Shown here: positions 45,169-54,779 of the stretch, piece after piece
How positions within the stretch are numbered: the stretch's first letter is position 1
Layout of the letters: every line of letters begins with the position of its first letter
Assembly (NCBI GenBank): GCA_020346325.1
Contig: CP070782.1
Coordinates: forward strand, 1,946,361 to 2,010,360
Direction of reading: 5' to 3'
DNA from: Phycisphaerales bacterium
Lineage (GTDB): Bacteria; Planctomycetota; Phycisphaerae; Sedimentisphaerales; Anaerobacaceae
Length of the DNA: 64,000 nucleotides
Notes under the pieces: model-generated
The model's input: only the letters and a program-made list of their open reading frames with translations
Databases searched by the model: none
Told to the model about the DNA's origin: nothing
Made by a program: the position numbers and the translations under genes

Positions 45169-46590
45169 GTGCGTACCTTAACCTTCATATGCCTGATCGT
45201 GACGCTGGGTGCCGGTCCGGCCCCAGCCGCCGATTGGCCCCACTGGGGCGGTGGCCTCGGACGGAACATGGTCAACCCCGACGAGAAGAACCTGCCCACC
45301 ACCTGGGATGTCGAGAGCGGGCACAACGTCAAGTGGATCGCACGTCTCGGCTCGCTGGCCTATGGCAATCCGGTCGTCGCCGACGGCCGCGTCTTCGTCG
45401 GCACCAACAACGGCGGACGCTATGACAAAGACATCACGGGTGACCGTGGTAATATCCTGTGCTTCCGCGAGTCGGACGGCGCGTTCCTCTGGCAGGCCGT
45501 GCACGACAAGCTCGCAGCCGGACGCGTCAACGACTGGCCCAGACAGGGAATCTGTTCGGCACTGGAGGTACAGGGCGATCGCGCCTGGTATCTCAGCAAC
45601 CGGTGCGAAGCCGTGTGTATCGACACGGCGGGCTTTCATGACGAGGAAAACGATGGCCTCACCGACGAACAATACCAAGGTCCCAACAAGGCCGACATCG
45701 TCTGGAGCTTCGACATGATCGAGGAGTTGGGCGTTTTTCCCCACAATCTCGCCACGTCGTCCCCCCTGGTTCTCGGTGACCTGGTCCTGCTGGTCACGGG
45801 CAACGGCGTGGACGAAGGCCACTTGAACATCCCCATGCCGATCGCTCCCAGCTTTGTGGCCTTCGACAAGAATGAAGGTGATTTGCTGTGGGAGTTCACG
45901 GTGCACGGCCGTGTGCTTCATGGCCAGTGGTCATCGCCCTCGGCCGGCGTCGTCAATGGCAAGACCCTCGCCCTCTTCCCCGGCGGTGACGGTTGGGTCT
46001 ACGCCCTGGACCCGAAGACCGGCGCAGAAATCTGGCGGTTCAACTGCAATCCTCCCGATTCGGAATGGGAACTCGGCGGATACGGCACGAAGAACAATCT
46101 GATCGCCACGCCTGTCTTCGCCGATGGCAGGGTCTATATCGGCGTCGGCCAGGACCCCGAACATGGCACCGGTATCGGGCATCTCTATTGTATCGACGCC
46201 GGCGGCCAAGGCGATGTCACGAACACACACCAGGTGTGGCACCGGGGTGACGACGACTTCGGGCGCACCATGAGCACGGTGGCGGTCGCCGACGGCCTGC
46301 TTTACGTAGCCGATCTGGCCGGCATGTTCTACTGTCTCGACATCAAGAACGGTCAGGCGGTGTGGACCCACGATCTGAAATCGGCCATGTGGGGCTCGCC
46401 CATGCTCGTCGACGGCAAGGTCTACATCGGCGATGAGAACGGGCACATCAACATCTTCGCCCACAGTCGACAGAAAGAGATCGTCAACGTCGTGGATATG
46501 GACGAGCCGGTCTACGCCACGCCGGTCGCAGCCAATGGCGTGCTCTATGTCGCGACCAAATCGAAACTCTATGCTCTGGCGACACGATGA
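45169..46590 (+). CDS. PQQ-binding-like beta-propeller, exported
   Basis: AADWPHWGG, YGNPVVADGRVFVGTNN, HGQWSSP, GQDPEHG, PQQ repeats. Confidence 0.88.
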   Translation: MRTLTFICLIVTLGAGPAPAADWPHWGGGLGRNMVNPDEKNLPTTWDVESGHNVKWIARLGSLAYGNPVVADGRVFVGTNNGGRYDKDITGDRGNILCFRESDGAFLWQAVHDKLAAGRVNDWPRQGICSALEVQGDRAWYLSNRCEAVCIDTAGFHDEENDGLTDEQYQGPNKADIVWSFDMIEELGVFPHNLATSSPLVLGDLVLLVTGNGVDEGHLNIPMPIAPSFVAFDKNEGDLLWEFTVHGRVLHGQWSSPSAGVVNGKTLALFPGGDGWVYALDPKTGAEIWRFNCNPPDSEWELGGYGTKNNLIATPVFADGRVYIGVGQDPEHGTGIGHLYCIDAGGQGDVTNTHQVWHRGDDDFGRTMSTVAVADGLLYVADLAGMFYCLDIKNGQAVWTHDLKSAMWGSPMLVDGKVYIGDENGHINIFAHSRQKEIVNVVDMDEPVYATPVAANGVLYVATKSKLYALATR

Positions 46591-47687
46591 CGACGAAATC
46601 AACGACTGATACAGGACGAAGGGAACAGGTGCAGATGAGCCTGGAAGACGCGCTGAATGAACACCTGCGTGAGATCATAGACTGGCATTTCAGCCCGGAG
46701 ACCGGGGCCGATTTCTGGCTCGATTGGGCGAAGAAGCAGGATTGGGACGTACGTCGGGAAATCAAGACGTTTGACGACCTGAAACGCTTTCCCCACTTCG
46801 AGGACAACTGGCTGCGCTTCGAGGCGCCCGAGCGTTGGATCCCGAAGCCCTACAAGGGCCGGCCCTACAATGTCTTCGAGACCGGTGGCACGACCGGTAT
46901 GCCCAAGCAGCGCATCGGCTGGGATGACTACAAACGGGACTACGAATCGTTCGGAGATACACTCGACGATGCCGAATTCCCGCGCGGCCAGAACTGGCTG
47001 ATGATGGGCCCGACCGGGCCACGGCGCCTGCGCCTGGCTATCGAGCATCTGGCCAACTACCGCGGCGGAAGCTGCTACTTCCTCGATCTCGATCCGCGCT
47101 GGGTCAAGAAGTTGATCGCCAAGGGCGATTTCGGCCAAGCCCAGGCATACATGGAGCACGTGATCGATCAGGCGACCATCATTCTCCGACATCGCCGGAT
47201 CGCAGCGCTCTTCACGACGCCGAAGCTCCTCGAAGCGCTGAGCGAGAAGATATCCATCTCCGACGCCGGCATCAAGGGCGTCTTCTGCGGCGGTACGGAG
47301 ATGAATCCCCAAACTGTGCGGTTCCTCGTCGAGGAGGTGCTGGAGGGCCGTGTCGCTTTCAAACCGGTCTATGGCAACACGCTGATGGGTCTGGCGCACA
47401 GCAAGCCACTGACGCCTGCGGACAAGTTCTCAGTGAGCTATTACGCACCGCAGCCCTGGGCCGTGCTGAAAGTGGTCGATCCGGAAGACCCCGAGTGCGT
47501 GGTCGAGTACGATCAATGGGGCCGCGTTGAGCTGACAACGTTGACCAAGGAATTCTTCATGCCTAGATTCCTCGAACGAGATGAGGCGATCCGACGTAGA
47601 CCCATTGCGGGGTACCCATGGGACGGCGTCGGTGAGGTGCGTCCCTTCGGGGCCTCCAAGGAGACAATCGTTGAAGGCGTGTACTGA
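46587..47687 (+). CDS. EhpF-like adenylate-forming enzyme (PaaK/LuxE-related)
   Basis: WHFSPETG..FW, P-loop FETGGTTGMPK, DLDPRWVK, GGT, YGNT.MG, ERD. Confidence 0.7.
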   Translation: MTTKSTTDTGRREQVQMSLEDALNEHLREIIDWHFSPETGADFWLDWAKKQDWDVRREIKTFDDLKRFPHFEDNWLRFEAPERWIPKPYKGRPYNVFETGGTTGMPKQRIGWDDYKRDYESFGDTLDDAEFPRGQNWLMMGPTGPRRLRLAIEHLANYRGGSCYFLDLDPRWVKKLIAKGDFGQAQAYMEHVIDQATIILRHRRIAALFTTPKLLEALSEKISISDAGIKGVFCGGTEMNPQTVRFLVEEVLEGRVAFKPVYGNTLMGLAHSKPLTPADKFSVSYYAPQPWAVLKVVDPEDPECVVEYDQWGRVELTTLTKEFFMPRFLERDEAIRRRPIAGYPWDGVGEVRPFGASKETIVEGVY

Positions 47688-47702
47688 ATCTTGGGAGAGC
47701 GC

Positions 47703-49145
47703 ATGACACAGGTACCGACCATACCCGCATTTCGTTTCGGCACGCACTACGACAGCCTGACGGTGGCCGAGATCACGACCACCGGCGGTGGTTACATCGT
47801 AGCGCGCGTGGGCCTGGTCAACCCGGGGTTGATTCGCCGTGACCTGCGTCAGGTGGCTGACTGTTTCGAGCGTCTCCAGCAGATTCCCGTGCAGCGCATG
47901 CTGGATATCTGCGCCGAGGCGGCCAAGCATTTCATGGAGGCGGAGCTTCCGGTGTCGGCGGAGCTGAAACAAACGCCGGACGATTACGTGCGCGCCTTAT
48001 CGGCCACGTGCGGCCTGCCTCATGCGCTTATCCGCGCAAACATGATCAAGATCGCGGACGTGCTCTCTAACATGCCCGTGATCCTGAAAGGCTTGACCCG
48101 TGGTCTCGACCCCGATGTGATCGAGACCGGAGTGGGCCGGCAGGACGAGGTGCTCGTCAGTTACTATCCCAGCACGACTCACCTCGGCGCCGTGCTGCCC
48201 AGCAATTCCCCCGGCGTCAATTCGCTGTGGCTACCGGCGTTGGCCTTACGAGTGCCGGTGGTTTTGAAGCCAGGCCGGGAAGATCCGTGGACTCCCTGGC
48301 GCATCATCAACGCCCTAATCGCGGCGGGATGTCCCGCGGAAGCCTTCGGTTTCTATCCGGCCGACCACGACGGCGCGGGCGTCATTCTCTCGGAATGCAC
48401 GCGCGTCATCATGTTTGGCGATGCCGGCACCGTCGCCCGCTATGCTCACAACCCCCGCGTCACCGTGCATGGCCCGGGCTACAGCAAGGTGCTCATCGGG
48501 GCCGATCGAATCGACCATTGGCCGGAGTACGTGGACGTGCTGGCCGACTCCGTCGCCCGCAACGGGGGACGCAGTTGCGTCAATGCCTCCACCATCGTTG
48601 TTCCCCGCCACGGAGCCGAACTGGCCGAGGCCGTGGCCAGGAAGCTGGCAGAGATTGTGCCCAAGTCTCTCAACGCCCCGGACGCCCAACTGGCCGGCTT
48701 TGCGAATGCCCGCGTTCCGGAAGCGATCGATCGAAAGATCGATATGGCCCTCGATCAGCCGGGTGCCGTCGATATTAGCGCCCGCCAGCGTGGCAGCGCG
48801 CGGATCGCTACACTGAAGGGCCAGAGCTATCTCCAGCCGACGATCGTCTTCTGTCAGGACCCGGAGCATCCCCTGGCCAGGACGGAGTTTCTCTTCCCTT
48901 ACGCGGCCGTGGTCGAAAAGCCCCAAGAGGCCATGCTCGACTGGATCGGCCCCAGTCTGGTCGTTACAGCCATCACCGACGATACCGCCTTCCGCCGGCA
49001 GTTGCTGCGCTGCCCGCACATCCAGCGCTTGAACCTCGGGCCCATTCCGACCGGCCAGGTGCGCTGGGACCAGCCGCACGAAGGCAATCTCTTCGAATTC
49101 CTCTACGCTCGCCGCGCGATCCAGGAGCTTCAAACATGCGGTTAG
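47703..49145 (+). CDS. Aldehyde dehydrogenase-fold acyl reductase (EhpG/LuxC-like)
   Basis: PSNSPGV, LKPG..DPWT, HGPGYSK, catalytic GGRSCVNAS, EFLFP, PHEGNL. Confidence 0.75.
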   Translation: MTQVPTIPAFRFGTHYDSLTVAEITTTGGGYIVARVGLVNPGLIRRDLRQVADCFERLQQIPVQRMLDICAEAAKHFMEAELPVSAELKQTPDDYVRALSATCGLPHALIRANMIKIADVLSNMPVILKGLTRGLDPDVIETGVGRQDEVLVSYYPSTTHLGAVLPSNSPGVNSLWLPALALRVPVVLKPGREDPWTPWRIINALIAAGCPAEAFGFYPADHDGAGVILSECTRVIMFGDAGTVARYAHNPRVTVHGPGYSKVLIGADRIDHWPEYVDVLADSVARNGGRSCVNASTIVVPRHGAELAEAVARKLAEIVPKSLNAPDAQLAGFANARVPEAIDRKIDMALDQPGAVDISARQRGSARIATLKGQSYLQPTIVFCQDPEHPLARTEFLFPYAAVVEKPQEAMLDWIGPSLVVTAITDDTAFRRQLLRCPHIQRLNLGPIPTGQVRWDQPHEGNLFEFLYARRAIQELQTCG

Positions 49146-49729
49146 AGCGTCGAGACGACATCCACGGACTGACGCAATCGCTCCTGTGGCCGCTCAATCT
49201 CTTCTGTGCCCACTATGGTCGGGAGGTGCCGGAAATCACCCCCTTGTTCGGACAGCACCTGCCCGAGCCCTACAAACAGCTCTTGGTCCACGAACGCAAC
49301 ATGACACCGACCCTGGAATCGTACCACGGTGGCACGATCCATATCGAACAGATCAATGTGTTCTCCGACGACGAGGAAACCACGCGCGAAGTCATTCTCC
49401 GCCGAGACACCGATGGCAAACCACTCGAGTACGGCGCGAGCCGCGTGTTTCGGCCCACGGTGACACCAGAGGCATTGTTTCTGATCGACGACGGCCGGCT
49501 TCCGCTGGGGACCATCCTGCGGGTCTGTGACTGTGAACACGCCGTGCAGCCCTCAGGCTTCTTCAAGATTCGCTCCACCCCATTTTTCGCCGAGGCCTTC
49601 GATGCGGGCGACGTGCCTTACTTCTATGGCCGCCGCAACACGCTGGTCGCCCTGGACGGCAACCCGATCGCAGAGGTCTGCGAGATCCTGCCCCCGGAAA
49701 AGAAACGCCAAAGGAAACGAGGTACATAG
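49136..49729 (+). CDS. Chorismate pyruvate-lyase (UbiC)-like protein
   Basis: LLVH...MT..LE, REVIL, P.EYG.S, PLG.IL, GRR, EVCEILP pattern of the chorismate lyase fold. Confidence 0.7.
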   Translation: MRLERRDDIHGLTQSLLWPLNLFCAHYGREVPEITPLFGQHLPEPYKQLLVHERNMTPTLESYHGGTIHIEQINVFSDDEETTREVILRRDTDGKPLEYGASRVFRPTVTPEALFLIDDGRLPLGTILRVCDCEHAVQPSGFFKIRSTPFFAEAFDAGDVPYFYGRRNTLVALDGNPIAEVCEILPPEKKRQRKRGT

Positions 49730-50982
49730 TGACAGGCAAGATGAATTCATACGATTGTTTGGTCGTCGGCGGTGGCCCGGGCGGGTGCGTCGCGGCCACC
49801 ATCCTCGCAGATGCCGGCTACCAGGTGGCCTTGATCGAGCGCGCGAAGTTCCCCCGCTTCCACGTGGGCGAGTCCATGATCCCCTACAACTACTTTCCCC
49901 TGGAACGCGCGGGCATGATCGAGAAGATGCAGGCCTCCGATTTCCCCAAGAAGTACAGCGTGCAATTCGTCGGCCGCAGCGGCAAACAATCGCAACCTTT
50001 CTACTTCTCCCAGCATCTGGATCACCCCTGTGCCCAGACCTGGCAGGTGACGCGCGACGTGTTCGACACCATGATACTGGATAACGCCCGCGAGCACGGC
50101 GTCACTGTGTTCGAGCAGATGAGTGCCCGCGAGTTGATCGAAGAGGATGGCAAGACCGTGGGCGTTTCGTGTGTCGACGCGACTGAAGCACCGCATACCT
50201 TCAAAGCCAAAGTGACGCTGGACGCCAGTGGGGGCAAGGGCTTTGCCATGTCCAAGCTCGCCTGGCGCATCATCGACAAGAACCTGATCAAGCACGCGAT
50301 CTGGGGCTACTACCGCGGCGCCCAGCGCGATCCGGGACGCGACGAAGGCGCCACGACGATCACCTATCTGGAAGGCAAGAACTGGCTGTGGTATATCCCC
50401 TTGCGCGACGACATCGTCAGCGTGGGGGTGGTGGGTGACCAAGACTATCTCTTCAGTGACACCAACGATCTGGCCACGGTCTTCGATCGTGAGGTCGAGA
50501 AGAACGCCTGGGTCAAGGAGCGTCTGGCTCCGGGTGAGCTGGAAGGCGAGCATTACGCGTGCGTGCACCGGTCCTATCGCTCGAAATACTGCGCCAAAGA
50601 CGGCCTCGTCTTGCTCGGTGACGCGCTGACCTTTCTTGATCCCGTCTTTTCCACGGGCATGTATCTGGCCCTCGTCAGCGGGGAGTTGGCGGCCGATGCC
50701 GTCATCGAAGGCCTGCGCGCCGGCGACGTCTCGGGCAAACAGTTCCAAACGTACGGCGAAACGATCTGCCGCCGCATCGAGATCCTGCGCCGCCTGGTCT
50801 ATGCCTTCTATGCGAAAGACTTCAGCTTCAAGCAGCTCATCATGAAATACCCGGACCTCAAAGGCGCCGTCACGGACTGCCTGGTGGGCAACCTGGACCA
50901 GGATTTCACGGCCTTGCACGAGGCACTGTCGGAATTCCTGGAGTTGCCGGAACCGATCAAACATGGACGGGCCAAGATCTGA
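49729..50982 (+). CDS. Flavin-dependent halogenase (phenolic/thioester-substrate type)
   Basis: GGGPGG, FPRFHVGES, Lys in PKKYSVQF, QV.R..FD, WLWYIP (WxWxIP), GDA..FLDPVFSTG. Confidence 0.78.
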   Translation: MTGKMNSYDCLVVGGGPGGCVAATILADAGYQVALIERAKFPRFHVGESMIPYNYFPLERAGMIEKMQASDFPKKYSVQFVGRSGKQSQPFYFSQHLDHPCAQTWQVTRDVFDTMILDNAREHGVTVFEQMSARELIEEDGKTVGVSCVDATEAPHTFKAKVTLDASGGKGFAMSKLAWRIIDKNLIKHAIWGYYRGAQRDPGRDEGATTITYLEGKNWLWYIPLRDDIVSVGVVGDQDYLFSDTNDLATVFDREVEKNAWVKERLAPGELEGEHYACVHRSYRSKYCAKDGLVLLGDALTFLDPVFSTGMYLALVSGELAADAVIEGLRAGDVSGKQFQTYGETICRRIEILRRLVYAFYAKDFSFKQLIMKYPDLKGAVTDCLVGNLDQDFTALHEALSEFLELPEPIKHGRAKI

Positions 50983-50995
50983 CGGGAGCACGCGC

Positions 50996-51553
50996 ATGCC
51001 GGATATCCATGAATCAAGTTCGCTGACGTGGCTGATCTTCGCGTTGATGACTGTTGTCGCCTGGGGACTCTACGGCGTCCTGTTGCACACCGGACAGATC
51101 GGCATGGCCGACCCGGTCCACGGGCGGTACAAGGCGTTTCTCTTCGTGGGGCTGGCCTATTTCCTAACCGCCGTCTTGGCGCCGGCCGCCATTCTGTGGC
51201 TGCGCGGCGCCGCGTGGAGTTTCCCCATCGCTGGTCTGTCCTGGTCGCTCGCCGCGGGCCTAGTCGGAGCAGCCGGGGCGTTCTGCGTGCTGCTGGCGTT
51301 CGGCGCCAAAGGCAGTCCTGCCACGGTAATGACGATCGTCTTCGCCGGCGCGCCGATCATCAACGCCATCATAGCGTTGTCACTGCACCCGCCCCAGGGC
51401 GGGCTGAAGTCGATCCCCCTGCCGTTCTTCGTCGGCATCGTCCTGGCCGTGACAGGGGCGGCGTTGGTGACTCTTTACAAACCCAAGCCGGCTTCAACGT
51501 CCCATGTCCCCCGACCCACGGTAGCAGAAACAGGAGCACCGCTTGATGAATGA
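50996..51553 (+). CDS. DMT/EamA-like small membrane protein
   Basis: Five hydrophobic helices, WGLYG, VM.IVFAGAPI.N. Confidence 0.7.
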   Translation: MPDIHESSSLTWLIFALMTVVAWGLYGVLLHTGQIGMADPVHGRYKAFLFVGLAYFLTAVLAPAAILWLRGAAWSFPIAGLSWSLAAGLVGAAGAFCVLLAFGAKGSPATVMTIVFAGAPIINAIIALSLHPPQGGLKSIPLPFFVGIVLAVTGAALVTLYKPKPASTSHVPRPTVAETGAPLDE

Positions 51554-52796
51554 CCTCGCGCCCATCCGAGAGCAACAGACCCAGGCGCTGCGAGCACTGT
51601 GTCAGGAGTTGGTGCCGAGCAATGCGTTCTATGCGCCGCGACTGAGAGATGCCGGACTCGATCTCGCAACGATGACGCTGGAGGATTTCACGGCGCAGAT
51701 GCCGGTGACCACGCGGGCCGAATGGACCCGCGATCAGGTCGAGCACCCGCCGTTCGGAACCAATCTCACCTATGCGGTGCATCGCTACATCCGCTTCTGT
51801 CGCACGAGCGGCAGCACGGGCCGTCCCATGATCTGGCTGGACACACGCGAAGCCTGGGACGCCATGCTCGACAACTGGATACGCGTGTTCAACGCGGCCG
51901 GCGTTGTTGATCCGCAGCGCGTGTTCTTCGCCTTCTCGTTCGGTCCGTTCCTCGGGTTCTGGACCGCCTATGAAGCGGCCACCAAAGCGGGCCATCTGTG
52001 CATTCCCGGTGGCGGACTCTCCTCGGCCGCTCGACTGCGGTTGATGCTGGAGACTCAGCCGCAAGTCTTGTGTTGCACCCCCACCTATGCGATTCGTCTG
52101 GCCCACGTCGCGGAGGCGGAAGGGATCGATCTCGGGAAGATAAATGTCAAAGTCATCATCGTGGCCGGCGAGCCGGGCGGCAGCATCCCTGCCACGCGTG
52201 ACCATATCTCGGAGCACTGGCAAGGGGCCCGCGTCTTCGACCATCACGGCATGACGGAGGTGGGGCCTGTCAGTTACGAATGTCCCGCCGAACCAGGCGT
52301 ACTGCACGTGATGGAGGATGCCTTCTATCCGGAAGTTGTGGACGATGAACTGATTCTCACCACGCTACGACGCTCCGGGTCGCCCCTGCTGCGTTACAGA
52401 ACCGGCGATGTCGTCAGCGCTGAACGTCGATCGCCCTGCGCCTGCGGCACGGCCGAGCTGTGCCTGCTGGGCGGAATACTGGGCCGCAAGGACGACATGA
52501 CCGTCATCCGCGGCGTCAACGTCTTCCCCAGCGCGGTCGAGGAAATCGTGCGTTCTGCCGGCGGGGTCGACGAGTACAGGGTGGAGTTGTTTGCGAAGAA
52601 CGACCAGGCACAACTCAAGGTCGTCATCGAGGCACAGAACGGCACGGCAACGTGCCGGGACCTCGAGAGGCGATTCCAGCAAGCCCTGTTCCTGCGCGTT
52701 CCCGTGGAGTTGGCAACTCCGGGCAGCCTGCCCCGCTACGAGATGAAAGCGAAACGCTGGGTCAAACTGGCGGACGAGGGAGGAGCCTCATCATGA
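51546..52796 (+). CDS. Phenylacetate-CoA ligase-family aryl-CoA ligase
   Basis: TSGSTGRP, TPTYA, AGEPGG, DHHGMTEVG, LLRYRTGD, GRKDDM..IRGVNVFPS, LPRYEMKAKR. Confidence 0.88.
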   Translation: MNDLAPIREQQTQALRALCQELVPSNAFYAPRLRDAGLDLATMTLEDFTAQMPVTTRAEWTRDQVEHPPFGTNLTYAVHRYIRFCRTSGSTGRPMIWLDTREAWDAMLDNWIRVFNAAGVVDPQRVFFAFSFGPFLGFWTAYEAATKAGHLCIPGGGLSSAARLRLMLETQPQVLCCTPTYAIRLAHVAEAEGIDLGKINVKVIIVAGEPGGSIPATRDHISEHWQGARVFDHHGMTEVGPVSYECPAEPGVLHVMEDAFYPEVVDDELILTTLRRSGSPLLRYRTGDVVSAERRSPCACGTAELCLLGGILGRKDDMTVIRGVNVFPSAVEEIVRSAGGVDEYRVELFAKNDQAQLKVVIEAQNGTATCRDLERRFQQALFLRVPVELATPGSLPRYEMKAKRWVKLADEGGASS

Positions 52797-54613
52797 CCGT
52801 CGCAGAAAACGCTCTGTCCTGTGGCAGCACGGCCGCTGGCCGGCTCGCACCGTACGAAGCGAAGATCTCGGAGAACTTCGAAATCCCGCTGCACATCGGC
52901 AAGCTCATCGCCGCCTGGGATCGACCCCAGTTTGTCGCCGCCCCGGATGCGAGTCATATGCGCGATGACGACTATGTGGTCGGGCTCGAATACCAGGGCC
53001 ACTTCCGGGCCTACCCGCTGTGGATCACCGACAACTACCACATCATCAACGACCGCATCGCCGGCGAGCCCATTCTCTTTAGCACGTGCGAGCGCTGCCA
53101 GTCGGGCTCGGCCTTCATCTCGAAGCTGGCCGGGCAGGCCGTACGCTTTAGCGCCATGGGCATGTACAACGCCTCGTTGACCATGGTCAACCGCAAGCGC
53201 AACAAGACCGAGCGTCACAGCCTCTGGCTACACTACGAAGGCGTCGCCATCGACGGCCCCGCCCGGGGGCAGTTCCTGGAGCAGTTGCCCACGTACCACA
53301 TGACGTGGAAAGAGTGGGTCACGGCTCATCCAAATACCGATGTCATGCTGGCACCGAACGACCCGCACCATCGCGATGCCCGGCACGGGCACGGCCGGGA
53401 GGAGTATTTCTCGCGACCCGGCATGGACCCGCCGCTGGCAAAGACCATCACAGGCTCATTCGACCATCGCTACCCCGAGAACGAAATGGTCCTGGGCATC
53501 AACATCGACGCCGGCATTCGCGCCTATCCCCTGCTGGAGGTCAAGCGCGAAGGCGGCGTGGTCAACGACGTGCTTGGTGATGCGCCCATTGCAGTATTCT
53601 GTGGGCCGCGACCTGAGGCGATCACGATGTCGGCCTTCTCCCGCGCCGCCGACAATCGCGTGCTGACGTTTGAACGCCACGGCGCGCAGTTCCGCGACCG
53701 GGAGACGGGCACCCTCTGGAACATCGAGGGCCAAGCCGTCTCCGGACCGCTCCAGGGCGAGCGTCTCCAGCCGCTGCGCTGGCAATACGTCCGGTGGCAC
53801 GCCTGGGTCTACCCACACCCGGGTACCGACCTGTTCCTTTCTGATCGCCCACGACCACGGTATCCGGATTTCCCACGATGCCCACAGGTCGAATCCCTCC
53901 GCGACACCCTGGACGAACTGGCCAGCGGCACTGCCGAACTGACGTTCTCGCACGTCATCGTGGAACTGGCCCTGCCCCACGAGGCAACAGGCGGCATCTG
54001 TGTCCATGCCGGCGCCGACCGCTTGAATCTGTACACATTCGGCTCTCCGGAAGCGGCCGCCGACTATGTCGCACTCCAGGGAGCGTGGTTCTGCATGCCC
54101 TTCGATGCCAAGATCGCCCGCAAGCGCGCCGTACGCGTCAGTTCATCCGTCGTGGAATCAGACCCGGAGGGCCAGTACGCCGAGGCCACTCAGACGGTGC
54201 GATATCCTGACAACGAAATCAACTGGTTCCGACATCCTCGGCAGGGCGAAGGCGCGCCCGTACAGGGGCACTTCGTGGCCTTGATCGAACACCTCAAGAA
54301 GCGCCGGTATGACGTGGTAGAGGCTGCATTCTTGCCCCGCAGCCAGCAGCGGGTGGGCACGCTCAATGCCATCGCCGCGACCATCGAAGCGGACCGCTTC
54401 GCCATCTATCGTTGCGTCGATGAGGCGGCCGCAGCGCAGGTGGCCGCCGAGGTCGGGCATGCCATTCAGGCCGGATCCTGGGTGCTGCGCTCGATTCCTG
54501 TACTCATGTACGCCGACCCACATTACGAGATGGGCCAACTTCCGGACGAGGCCATTACCTGGTCCTCACTGCTCGACCGAGAAGCTTTCAGGTCAGACCT
54601 AAATGATTTATAA
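52793..54613 (+). CDS. DUF3179-domain protein with duplicated C-terminal module
   Basis: P.F, RAYP, HIIND, TCERCQSG, GMYN, W..W...HP.T, DRETG..W.IEG.A..GPL.G..L. ATG 52793 overlaps the previous stop. Confidence 0.75.
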   Translation: MTVAENALSCGSTAAGRLAPYEAKISENFEIPLHIGKLIAAWDRPQFVAAPDASHMRDDDYVVGLEYQGHFRAYPLWITDNYHIINDRIAGEPILFSTCERCQSGSAFISKLAGQAVRFSAMGMYNASLTMVNRKRNKTERHSLWLHYEGVAIDGPARGQFLEQLPTYHMTWKEWVTAHPNTDVMLAPNDPHHRDARHGHGREEYFSRPGMDPPLAKTITGSFDHRYPENEMVLGINIDAGIRAYPLLEVKREGGVVNDVLGDAPIAVFCGPRPEAITMSAFSRAADNRVLTFERHGAQFRDRETGTLWNIEGQAVSGPLQGERLQPLRWQYVRWHAWVYPHPGTDLFLSDRPRPRYPDFPRCPQVESLRDTLDELASGTAELTFSHVIVELALPHEATGGICVHAGADRLNLYTFGSPEAAADYVALQGAWFCMPFDAKIARKRAVRVSSSVVESDPEGQYAEATQTVRYPDNEINWFRHPRQGEGAPVQGHFVALIEHLKKRRYDVVEAAFLPRSQQRVGTLNAIAATIEADRFAIYRCVDEAAAAQVAAEVGHAIQAGSWVLRSIPVLMYADPHYEMGQLPDEAITWSSLLDREAFRSDLNDL

Positions 54614-54624
54614 TAAAGCACTTA
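54600..54624. promoter_or_regulatory. AT-rich TAA-N4-TT-N7-AA-N4-TTA element (IHF-like site)
   Basis: TAAATGATTTATAATAAAGCACTTA, same architecture as 34975-34999. Confidence 0.4.
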
Positions 54625-54712
54625 CAACCATACCATCCAGAGCCCGGGTCCGGCCCAGAACTGCCCGCACGCCCTGCTGCTGAAAAAAAATGCACCCCAG
54701 AAGCAATTTGTG

Positions 54713-54742
54713 TTGACCTGTACCCACCCGGAAACGTAGCAT
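54713..54742 (+). promoter_or_regulatory. Candidate sigma70 promoter of the cys operon
   Basis: TTGACC-N18-TAGCAT preceded by an A-tract and followed by AT-rich inverted repeat CTATT-N11-AATAG (54751-54771), a possible Rrf2 operator. Confidence 0.4.
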
Positions 54743-54779
54743 ATACAACACTATTTTGATTGGTTTAATAGGATTAGCC

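Noticed and set aside
41614-46590. Calling the propellers BamB or true PQQ dehydrogenases
   Set aside because: No bam context, no pqq genes and no clear quinoprotein active-site motifs; only the repeat fold is supported.
49136-50982. Ubiquinone pathway (ubiC plus FAD hydroxylase, with the polyprenyl synthase)
   Set aside because: No ubiA, ubiD or methyltransferases in the window, and the FAD enzyme has halogenase motifs; not fully excluded.
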